A stretch of DNA of 64,000 bases, taken from the NCBI GenBank assembly GCA_963662465.1, contig OY759599.1:4480001-4544000 (forward strand), read 5' to 3'. The DNA is from Desulfatiglandales bacterium. Lineage in GTDB: Bacteria > Desulfobacterota > DSM-4660 > Desulfatiglandales > Desulfatiglandaceae. The stretch's first letter is position 1, and each line of letters begins with the position of its first letter. Made by a program: the position numbers and the translations under genes. The notes below the pieces were generated by a model. The model made no database searches and had not been told where the DNA came from. It saw only the letters and a program-made list of their open reading frames with translations. Of this stretch, positions 20,731 through 29,334 are shown piece after piece.

Positions 20731-22788
20731 TCTAACCACCAACGTGTTCATATCCATCTTCCAGTAGTACCCCGATGGGTCATAGGGGTTGGGGTAAAAC
20801 TGAAGCGTAAACCCATATTGTGTGCCGTTGTATGAAACACAATCCATGGGCATACTGAGGTCCGTTCCAATGGGTAAACAATATGAGCCTGTTCCAGTAG
20901 TCAAGGTGGGCATGACCAGTTTCCAATAAAAGCCAGAAAGATCGTCCGGATTGCGATAAAAATCGAAAACAAAGCCATACGAATTGCCGCTATATTCGGC
21001 ACAAGGGACATTGATACCTAAACTGGCACTGACAGATAGGCAATCCGTATCTACAGGCACGGTAACAGAAGTCTGATACGGTAAAGACAGGATTCCTTCT
21101 CCGTCACGGGCAAAAACCGTCACACTGTAGACCCCTTGAGAGGTAAACCCGTCATATGTGCCGCTGTAGCTGTTGTTTCCGACTGAAGTCAAAGTGATGG
21201 TAGGCAGATCGGTTACGGGGTTATCGGAAGAACCGCTGGAATAGTCCGGCGGTTTGATAACGGCAAAGACCTCTTGGATGCCATCTGCGTCAACAACATT
21301 CTGTGCATGGATAAATGCGGATGTGTCCCCTGCTGAAAGCGCCTGCGGTGCGGATACAGTCTGAATGCTGGGAATATCGGTCGCTGTTTTGGTCTCATTG
21401 CCGATCTTGATTGCATTTGCAATCTCTTGATCCGCCTTTTCATTTCCCACTCCGTTGCCGTTGGCCTCAAGCTGCGGATTTTGCTTATCCTCATAGGTGG
21501 CTTTGACGCAGTTCTTGGCGTCAACGAAAGATTTGTAGAAACTGGTGCCGTAAAACAGTTTGGAAAAAAACTGATACCCAAAAGATAGCTGGCCGTCCAC
21601 TTCAAAAATGGCGGGTTCATTGGGGGAGGTGCTCACCGCTACAATTCTCGTTTTGCCGGTCGGTGCAAGCAGATAAGACACAAAGCTTCCTGAACGACAA
21701 CCATCGTAAACCAGGGTCACGAATTCAGGAACACTTTCCTGCACAACATCCAGCCACGTGTCAAGCGCTGACGCTTCCAGAAGTTCGAATTCCCCCATCC
21801 GAAATGTGCCCTCACCTCCGTGGCCTACCATATAAATGAACAGACTGTCCGCATCGGCAGCCCAGGTTTTGATGGCGTACGCGAGATTGTCGTTGGTGGC
21901 ATCGCCATCCACGTCCGGGTATCCATCGTTGTTCAGATCCAGGTCGGTGCTGGCGGAAAGGTAGTAGATGTATTCTCCCGTGTACCCCTGGTAAGTCAGA
22001 GCACGGTGGGCATAGTTGGCGCACATTTGGGTTGCGTCCCAAAGTGTATTGGTGGCATATGGACCACTTCCGGCGATGATGATTGCCTTATTATTGAAGA
22101 CACTTGCATTCTCTTTCAAAACCTGTATGCGGTTATTGCCATTGTCAACAATGTATATTTTGCCATTGCCACTCACAGCAAGTCCAAATGGATTGTTCAC
22201 CAGCCCCGGATCGGATCCGAGTGCACACAATTCCGTTATAAACTGACCGGTGGAACTGAACTTCTGAATTCGGTCGTTACCATTGTCCGCCACATAGACG
22301 TTCCCTTCCGGGTCGATGGCAATTCCTCTAGGACTGTTAAACTGCCCATCGGCTGCGCCTTCACTTCCCCATTTAAGGATAAACTCACCCGAGGAACTGA
22401 ACTTCTGGATACGATCGTTATCAGTATCCGCCACATAGACGTTCCCTTCCGAGTCGATGGCGATTCCTTCAGGACTGTTAAACTGCCCATCGGCTGCGCC
22501 TTCACTTCCCCATTTAAGGATAAACTCACCCGAGGGACTGAACTTCTGAATTCGGTCGTTACCAGTATCCTCAACATAGAGGTTCCCTTCCGGGTCGATG
22601 GCAAAATCTAAAGGGCTACTAAAATACCACGGTTGATCCAGCACAGGCCACATGCGCTCAAAAACATATTTTTCCTCTGCTAACGATTTGGCAGGGAAAA
22701 TGGTCAAAAACACAAAACTCAATATCAAGGGAACAAAGATTTGACGCAAGTTAGACCGTTTCAATTCTTTCTCCTTTTCAGAATTCAT
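20728..22788 (-). CDS. Secreted NHL-repeat plus peptidase C13/caspase-like protein (paralog of 15185-18344)
   Basis: Signal peptide, EKYVFERMWPVLDQPWYF, about 4 NHL repeats, VGHGG...YDGCRSGSF dyad, and a doubled Cys-containing C-terminal repeat. Confidence 0.88.
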   Translation of the reverse strand: MNSEKEKELKRSNLRQIFVPLILSFVFLTIFPAKSLAEEKYVFERMWPVLDQPWYFSSPLDFAIDPEGNLYVEDTGNDRIQKFSPSGEFILKWGSEGAADGQFNSPEGIAIDSEGNVYVADTDNDRIQKFSSSGEFILKWGSEGAADGQFNSPRGIAIDPEGNVYVADNGNDRIQKFSSTGQFITELCALGSDPGLVNNPFGLAVSGNGKIYIVDNGNNRIQVLKENASVFNNKAIIIAGSGPYATNTLWDATQMCANYAHRALTYQGYTGEYIYYLSASTDLDLNNDGYPDVDGDATNDNLAYAIKTWAADADSLFIYMVGHGGEGTFRMGEFELLEASALDTWLDVVQESVPEFVTLVYDGCRSGSFVSYLLAPTGKTRIVAVSTSPNEPAIFEVDGQLSFGYQFFSKLFYGTSFYKSFVDAKNCVKATYEDKQNPQLEANGNGVGNEKADQEIANAIKIGNETKTATDIPSIQTVSAPQALSAGDTSAFIHAQNVVDADGIQEVFAVIKPPDYSSGSSDNPVTDLPTITLTSVGNNSYSGTYDGFTSQGVYSVTVFARDGEGILSLPYQTSVTVPVDTDCLSVSASLGINVPCAEYSGNSYGFVFDFYRNPDDLSGFYWKLVMPTLTTGTGSYCLPIGTDLSMPMDCVSYNGTQYGFTLQFYPNPYDPSGYYWKMDMNTLVVR

Positions 22789-22899
22789 TTACCAATCAAT
22801 ACACCGCACAGTATCTTTTCGTCACATTTGGAACAATCTCAATGTAAAACCCCTGCCGCTCTCTAACTCAAACTACCTGAACATAAGGATGTATCATCA

Positions 22900-23375
22900 G
22901 CCCAAAAAAACTGTGATATCATCAAATCCGAGGTCTTGAGTAAACGTTGAGATTGATCCCATCTCTCAGGGCCGGTCATGGTTGATATATATTGAGGTAT
23001 TCCCAAAAAATAGGCCCCCTCAAAATCTTGTGCTATGCTTCACATGTTCCTTCCTGCGCTTCAAACTCTGAAACCACTCTGGGAATTCTGACAACCACAA
23101 CATATTGGGGTCCACCAATTTCCCGGCTATCCGCACCCAGAACAAGAGTACGTGCATCAATCTTCACCCCGACATCATCAAAATTGTGCGAGGCTGACAG
23201 AACAATCATTGAAGTCGAGCATGAGATATGTTGGAGGTATACCCAGTTAGTGTCACCCAAAAAACGGCAACTTTCATGCATCTACCAACCCTCACTCCGC
23301 CCCCTTCTCAATGATGATATCACAGGCATTCGGCTGGGAGGAATCGTTTGTGATATTATTCCGGTCGGAACCGTG
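22900..23375 (+). repeat. Non-coding repeat, joined blocks A+B
   Basis: A at 22900-23210 matches 18645-18955; B at 23225-23375 matches 10135-10280. Confidence 0.9.
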
Positions 23376-23686
23376 GAATTGGCCTCATGAGATGTTTACA
23401 GCAGTTTGAATCATAATTTTGAGATTGGCTCATATCTGTAACTTTAAATCATTCCATATAGCTAAGTGATACCAACAATTTGCGCCTATCGCGGACGGGG
23501 AAATGTGGTCCTATTAGGGTTTACCTTTGCAACGGCTGTGGTGAAAAAGCGCCGTGCCGAATAGGGGTCCTCTGCTACAACCGGAAATATCGCAACCGCG
23601 GCGGCTCCATGACTCGGCAGCAGATAAGCGCTTACTTGAATCTGTCGGGTTCTCAAGACGCTGCCGTCAAACGATGATACAGCCCG

Positions 23687-25585
23687 TCAAGGTGTGATCC
23701 GCATTTCCGTAAGTGTCAAAGAGGAGCCCTCCTCCACACTGGGAGCCTGATTAAATACCGTTTTGCCGTCCTGATCCGCAAAGGTCCGACCCCAGTTTCC
23801 GCTGAAGGTCAGCTGCTTTGATCCTTTAACGCTTACGGTTTCCGAGTAGTTTCCTCCGGCAATGAATAGGGTGGACCCAGTAGAAGCCGCATCAACGGCC
23901 GCCTGAATGGTGGTGTAGCAGGGCAACTTGCCACCGCACTTTTTTTCGGTGTCGCTGCTGACGTAAAGGTGGTGCTGCGTCTGGCCCCCGCCGCCGCCCA
24001 AGTACCAGTCGAGCGTGGCGTTGTCGCCGAAGTCGTTGGGGCCCAGCGGGGCCGGGTTAACGCCGAGTATGGGAGGATCTCCCTTGGTTCCATAAAACCC
24101 CCACAGGTCCGTAGAGGGGTATAAATAGGCCGGTGCAACCTCCATCATGCGCATCAGTTCCAAATAGTAAGGATCCACCAAGTCATCGGCCGTTCGGCGA
24201 TCATCCTGGAGGTTGATCATGTCCTGACCTTTTAGAGCTCCGGTAAGTCCACCCGTTACCTGCCCCCCTTTGACCAGAATATAGAAATCATATGTGTCTT
24301 CACCGACAATATACGGCACATAACCGGACCACGCCGGGAGCTGCTTGTCATTCACGTATTCGTCCTTGTAGATAACCCCTGTAATGACGGCGTTGCCTAT
24401 GGCATAAAAAAGATTGGTACCCATCACATTGGTGAGCCATGTCGGCGCGGTCACAACATTGTTCACGCTGCTGGTCCAGATACATTCGAGCAGCCCCTGG
24501 TCTTCCGTCATTTCGTAGCCTTTCCCGCTGGCATTTGTCACGGCATTCCATATCTGTTCGCCCTGGCCTGACGCGTTATTTTTGTAAAGTGTAAAGTCCG
24601 TCAGCTTCATGGTGTATTTTCCAGAGACAGGATCCTTTTCAAAGGTAACGTATGTGGTCCAATGGTTTGAATCATGGTTCGTTCCCGTCTCGGGATCATT
24701 CTGGGGGGTGTTTCTGCCCACACGGAAACCCGCGGTAGTCCAGTTGGGTCCGGTACCCGGACTCCCGGGCTGCCATATATGGTTACATGCCTTGGTGGTG
24801 GCGATAATCTTATCTAGGGCACGGGTAAAACTGCCGATGCCCTTTGCCCAGCCATTGCCACTAGCTTGATGCAGCGTCCTCCACCCGATGGGATCGGTCG
24901 CACCCGGAAACGTGAGTTTCTTGGAAACGCCTCCTTCACCGGTGCTCAGCCAGGCAAACTGAGGTTGAGAGCAATAGGCTGCAATCACAGCACTCAAAGC
25001 GGCAGTGGATTTGCCCTGCGCTGCCCCAAAAACCCCTTTGGCGGATTTTTCAGGAAGGTTTGAAAACTCCATACGGGTGAGGAAATCCACCCGATCGATC
25101 CAACTCATGTCAAACGTCTGGCCTGCCGTGCCAAAAAAAGCCCACTCAAAATAGTTATATGGCATTGTCGTGGTCTCGTCAGACGGTTGCGTGGCCGGTG
25201 GCTCCGTATCGCTCAATATGGCGTAAAACCGCGTACCATTATTGGGGCGCATGATGCGTACCTTGCCCTGGTCGATTTTACTGAACTGTACAACGGCATA
25301 TGCACCTGGAACTGAAACTTGGTTTAAGGTTTTCCATACGCCGGATTCCTGATACTTCAACTCATAATCGGTCAACAGCCAGATTTGGTCATCTGTCGGA
25401 GTGGCGCCGTAAAACTCGCCCGGTCCAAAGTTGTTGTGCACGGTCATCTCGTAATAGGTGGTCGCACCGAATGCGCGGGGCGCCTGTGCCAGTGTCAACA
25501 TCAGCAATGCAGACAGGCAGGACAGAAAAATGGAAACCTTTCGTTGAAAAGCCGAATAAGACACAAAATCAAAGTACCATTTCAT
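23687..25585 (-). CDS. Secreted hypothetical protein with the same C-terminal domain as 10452-13862
   Basis: Signal-like N-terminus (LLMLTLAQAPRAFG), a GGGGG linker, then LYVSSDTEKKCGGKLPCYTTIQAAVDAASTGSTLFIAGGNYSE. Confidence 0.8.
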   Translation of the reverse strand: MKWYFDFVSYSAFQRKVSIFLSCLSALLMLTLAQAPRAFGATTYYEMTVHNNFGPGEFYGATPTDDQIWLLTDYELKYQESGVWKTLNQVSVPGAYAVVQFSKIDQGKVRIMRPNNGTRFYAILSDTEPPATQPSDETTTMPYNYFEWAFFGTAGQTFDMSWIDRVDFLTRMEFSNLPEKSAKGVFGAAQGKSTAALSAVIAAYCSQPQFAWLSTGEGGVSKKLTFPGATDPIGWRTLHQASGNGWAKGIGSFTRALDKIIATTKACNHIWQPGSPGTGPNWTTAGFRVGRNTPQNDPETGTNHDSNHWTTYVTFEKDPVSGKYTMKLTDFTLYKNNASGQGEQIWNAVTNASGKGYEMTEDQGLLECIWTSSVNNVVTAPTWLTNVMGTNLFYAIGNAVITGVIYKDEYVNDKQLPAWSGYVPYIVGEDTYDFYILVKGGQVTGGLTGALKGQDMINLQDDRRTADDLVDPYYLELMRMMEVAPAYLYPSTDLWGFYGTKGDPPILGVNPAPLGPNDFGDNATLDWYLGGGGGQTQHHLYVSSDTEKKCGGKLPCYTTIQAAVDAASTGSTLFIAGGNYSETVSVKGSKQLTFSGNWGRTFADQDGKTVFNQAPSVEEGSSLTLTEMRITP

Positions 25586-25798
25586 CTTCCCCTCCTCAAT
25601 TGCTTAATAGAAAATTCTATATCATAAATTTTCTGTTGACACAAAATAAAACTCACACGCTGGTGTAAACCACGGCCAGTAAAAACACCTTGTATCGCGC
25701 ATAGTTATATATAACTACCCCTGACTACCTTTGGCACTTGCATGAAGCCAAAAAAGGCAAACCAAAAAAAGCTGTGATAAGTTTGGAGAGGTAAGATA

Positions 25799-26740
25799 AT
25801 GCATGATCAAAATTTCAAAAATCTGATTCTGGACTATCCCGTTCAAGCACTGGAGTTTTTTGCCGGGGAAGAAGCGGGATCAGATTTATCCGAAGCCAGA
25901 ATACTCCCCGTACGACAAGAACAACTGAAGGAGCGGTTGGGGGATCGTTTCCGTGAGTTGGATACGCCGCTTTTGGTGGAATGGTCGGATGGCCGAAGGG
26001 AAGCCATTTTGTTTGTGGTCGAAGAAGAAACCAAAACCAGCGAGTTTTCAATATATCGTTTAGCCCGCTATTGTTTGGATTTGGCGGAATTGATGGAAAC
26101 GGACCGTGTGGTTCCCGTTGTGATTTTTTTGAGAACGGGAGACCATCGGACCTATCTGAGACTGGGCAGCAATTCATGCGCCTATTTGGAATTTCGATAT
26201 CTGATGTGCGAACTCAAAGGCTTGTCATCAGCCCGATATTATGACAGCGACAATATTGTTGCGCGGTTGAATCTTCCCAATATGGCCTATCCTCCAGAGG
26301 ATCGTCTTGAGATGTATCCGGCGGCGCAAACCGGCTTGGCCCGGCTTGAGACGAGCCCGGAAAAGCAACAAAAATATGCAGACTTCATCGACTTTTATGC
26401 CGATTTGAGCGAAGAGGAAGTCACCCTCTATCGCGATCGCTATCTAAGCGAGAAAGGAGACATTATGGGACTGGCAAGTGTACTAAGAAAAGAGGGACGA
26501 GATGAAGGCATTGAGCAGGGCATGCAGCAGGGAACTATGAAACTTCTGTCCCGTCTAATTGCGAAGCGTTTTCAGGTCAGCGCTGATTCTGTTCATCCGA
26601 TTTTTGCCGGCTTGACAACAGAGCAGCTTGAAGAATTGGGAGAGAGATTTTTCGAGGCTGAGAGTTTGGAAGAGATTCGAAATTGGGCGGAGGAGAAACT
26701 GTCGGCAAAAGCTCAAAGGACCGAGGCATCTGTGGGATGA
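25799..26740 (+). CDS. Rpn/YhgA-like PD-(D/E)XK nuclease ('putative transposase') with a DUF4351-like C-terminus
   Basis: HDQNFKNLI, ELDTPLLV, FVVEEET, VVPVVIF, EGRDEGIEQGMQQG...LEELGERFFEAESLEEI. Confidence 0.8.
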   Translation: MHDQNFKNLILDYPVQALEFFAGEEAGSDLSEARILPVRQEQLKERLGDRFRELDTPLLVEWSDGRREAILFVVEEETKTSEFSIYRLARYCLDLAELMETDRVVPVVIFLRTGDHRTYLRLGSNSCAYLEFRYLMCELKGLSSARYYDSDNIVARLNLPNMAYPPEDRLEMYPAAQTGLARLETSPEKQQKYADFIDFYADLSEEEVTLYRDRYLSEKGDIMGLASVLRKEGRDEGIEQGMQQGTMKLLSRLIAKRFQVSADSVHPIFAGLTTEQLEELGERFFEAESLEEIRNWAEEKLSAKAQRTEASVG

Positions 26741-27053
26741 CCATGAAATTCTAAAAAAGTCTCTTGCCTCGGTTATACAAGAGAAACGGGGACAGGCACA
26801 TCATGATTCTCAAACCTAATCAATGCCTGTGAGTTGGATGAAAACAGATTTATAAAATTACAAAAAGGTCTCGTGCAAAAAGGCGTAGAGTTGGAGGGGA
26901 CAGGGGTCGAAGGAAGGAAGAGTAGATTTCGCGGTAGGCGACCATCAGCTTCCAGTTGCTTGCCTACCTTTGGATTGGAACACAGAACCGGGGTGGATGG
27001 GAAAGATGGAGTTCAACTGGCAGAGCCTCTGACAACTGACCTCTGGCTGTTTA

Positions 27054-27310
27054 CGCCTATATGGAATTTCGATATCTGATGTGCAAACTCAAAGGCTTAT
27101 CATCGGCCCGATATTATGACAGCGACAACATTGTTGCGCGGTTAAATCTTCCCAATATGGCCTATCCTCTAAAGGACCGTCTTGAGATGTATCCGGCGGT
27201 GCAAACCGGCTTGGCCCAGCTTGAGACGAGTCCGGAAAAGCAACGAAAATATGCAGACTTCATCGACTTTTATGCCGATTTGAGCGAAGAGGAAGTCATG
27301 CTCTATCGCG
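27054..27310 (+). pseudogene. Near-identical partial duplicate of the rpn gene (26179-26435)
   Basis: EFRYLMCKLKGLSSARYYDSDNIVARLNLPNM...DLSEEEVMLYR, with a nucleotide-level match. Confidence 0.9.
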
Positions 27311-27311
27311 C

Positions 27312-27364
27312 GGCAAAATCCTGATATCCAGCCATACGAGTGCGTGTGTGTCAAGAATCAGCAT
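27312..27364 (-). pseudogene. vapC: VapC/PIN toxin 5' stub
   Basis: ATG at 27364 gives MLILDTHALVWLD, a PIN N-terminal motif. It overlaps the antitoxin end and is cut off by the rpn duplicate. Confidence 0.65.
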
Positions 27365-27586
27365 TGGAGGCGTCCCAGTCAATATCCAGGAATGCGATCA
27401 GATCGTCTTTGCTCTGCGTTTTTCCTTTGTGCAAACCAAAAAGCGTCTTCGGTATGGTGCGATAGGCCCTCAGGACAGAAACAGGTGTCCCGTTTTTTGT
27501 GATTGTGATTTCTTCCCCGTCCGGTTTACCTCATCCATCAGGTGCAGGCATTTTACTTTGAATTCCGATGCCTTTATTATTTGCAT
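27351..27586 (-). pseudogene. Phd/YefM antitoxin, frameshifted in a G run
   Basis: RBS ggagga then MQIIKASEFKVKCLHLMDEVNRTG / EEITITKNGTPVSVL...TLFGLHKG. Not present in the ORF track. Confidence 0.75.
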
Positions 27587-27789
27587 GTTACAATCCTCCC
27601 ATGTATTCATCTCAATGGGGTAGCCAGGTTGTCCCGCCGTGTTTTGTGTTCGTATTCAAAAGAAGGAGAGCATTCCCCATGGCGTCTTTCACCTTAGTTG
27701 CCTATTGCAACCATGGTCATTATCATAGTCAAGATTGATTAAGGTCAACCGGCCCAAATGGTCAGACCTGAGAGAATGTGGTGTTCCTC

Positions 27790-27831
27790 TGCTGACCCTT
27801 ATTGCCCGCATTGTTCCTTCAGGAGGATAGA
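27790..27831 (+). repeat. 42-bp direct repeat, right copy (attR-like)
   Basis: tgctgacccttattgcccgcattgttccttcaggaggataga. Confidence 0.9.
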
Positions 27832-27924
27832 CGCTTCTACCCTCCCACTACCAGCTGATGTACCAGAAATATTAACAGGTTTGTCTTCAAAAAAAATCGT
27901 AACATCGACGTAGGTCAGTGAGGC

Positions 27925-29124
27925 CTAACTCGTCATGATAAAGAGAGGTCTCATTTCAAAACTCTTGTATTGAGGACGCAGACGTTCGACATCGTAGTGT
28001 TCCTGCACGTTGACGATTTTTTTCGAACTTACGACAACCTCAATCGGCATGTTGTCATATCTTCCGTTTTTCAGCACCACGAGACGGCCGTGGGTTTTTC
28101 CGAGGATCAGATCCAATGCCAGGTTGCCGTAGGCCATGGGAACAATCGAATCTATGGCATCAGGGTCTCCGCATCGAACCAGATACCCCAGCTTTTGATT
28201 AATGATGTCGATGGGTTTTCCCTTGTTGTGCTTGGCAGCGCGTTCTCTCAATTCGGAAGAGACGAGGTCGCCGATGCCACCAAGCTTTTTGTGCCCGTAC
28301 ATATCCGTCCTCGCCTCCTTGAATATCATCTCGCCCCCCTCGAACATGGCGCCTTCCGAAACCAGCACAACAGAATACCTGCTGGGATTTTTAAACCGGT
28401 CCTGGGCTAGAAGCTCCGTGAGCAGTTCAACGTTGAATTTGTATTCGGGTATGACACAACGGTTCGATGCGCCCGCCATAGCGGGAAGCATCGCGGTAAA
28501 GCCGGCGTAACGCCCAAAGACCTCGAGTACCAGGAACCGTTCATGAGAACCCGCGGATGTACGCAGGCTGTTGGTCATGGAAATAGTCCGAGTAACGCAG
28601 GTGCTGAACCCGATACAGTAATCCGTTCCGGGGACATCGTTATCCATGGTTTTCGGGATGCCTACGATACGGACGCCCTCCTGGTGCAACCTCACGCCAT
28701 AACTGAGCGTATCGTCACCCCCGATCGGGATAAGATAATCCACGCCCAGAAAATCCAGATTTTTCAAGACCTCCGGTGTTAGATCATTTATCTCATTGTT
28801 GTATCTATTCTGTAAGTGGCCGGCGACATTACCCCTGGGAATATGGCTGGGACGGGTTCGGGAAGTGTGCAGGAAGGTGCCCCCCGTGCGTCCCACCTTA
28901 TTGACTATTTCTTCAGTAAGGACTTGATAGTGCTCTGTGTTATCGGCAGCCTTGTCGGGAATCATTTCAATAATTCCCTCCCAACCATGCCGGATTCCGA
29001 TAACCTGATACCCCTCACGAATGGCCCGGATTGTGACCGCTCGAATAGCGGGATTCAGACCCGGCACATCTCCTCCTCCCGTGAGGATTGCAATAACGCC
29101 TTTCTTTCTATTAATATTTGCCAT
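27925..29124 (-). CDS. pfkA: 6-phosphofructokinase (PfkA family)
   Basis: ILTGGGDVPGLN, GGTFLHTSRT, IGGDDT, PKTMDNDV, EVFGRYAG, LGYLVRCG. Confidence 0.93.
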   Translation of the reverse strand: MANINRKKGVIAILTGGGDVPGLNPAIRAVTIRAIREGYQVIGIRHGWEGIIEMIPDKAADNTEHYQVLTEEIVNKVGRTGGTFLHTSRTRPSHIPRGNVAGHLQNRYNNEINDLTPEVLKNLDFLGVDYLIPIGGDDTLSYGVRLHQEGVRIVGIPKTMDNDVPGTDYCIGFSTCVTRTISMTNSLRTSAGSHERFLVLEVFGRYAGFTAMLPAMAGASNRCVIPEYKFNVELLTELLAQDRFKNPSRYSVVLVSEGAMFEGGEMIFKEARTDMYGHKKLGGIGDLVSSELRERAAKHNKGKPIDIINQKLGYLVRCGDPDAIDSIVPMAYGNLALDLILGKTHGRLVVLKNGRYDNMPIEVVVSSKKIVNVQEHYDVERLRPQYKSFEMRPLFIMTS

Positions 29125-29334
29125 TTTATAACCTCCGTTCACATCATGTTTCAAACATCGTGTATTGGTTTCAAGAGATCCCATCCATGAAACTGATTGT
29201 TATTCCCGTCTTTTAAATTTCTTTACATTTTATTGCGTGCCCCTTCGTCCCGTGACGGCAATCCAAAGGGAAGGCAAATACAGACGCTGGGGCCCTGAGG
29301 GAAATTGTCGGTACCTATATAAAATTTTAGAGTA

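Larger units (their letters stand above)
10011..27831. mobile_element. ~17.8 kb genomic island integrated at the nuoN 3' end
   Basis: Flanking 42-bp direct repeats, an internal tyrosine recombinase plus HU, Rpn and toxin-antitoxin remnants. The interior is visibly more AT-rich than the nuo and pfk flanks. Confidence 0.8.

Noticed and set aside
20339..20731. 130-aa minus-strand ORF and similar short ORFs (10086-10334, 15076-15267, 22992-23390) over blocks A and B
   Set aside because: The reading frame is not preserved between repeat copies (stops and frame changes), so they are treated as non-coding.
15185..22788. Diversity-generating retroelement acting on the paralogous C-termini
   Set aside because: No reverse transcriptase is present, and the differences between copies are not adenine-specific.
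10073..23375. CRISPR array or classical integron attC interpretation of the intergenic repeats
   Set aside because: The repeats are hundreds of bp, diverged and separated by whole genes. There is no short repeat-spacer periodicity, no cas gene, and no clear RYYYAAC...GTTRRRY attC hairpin.
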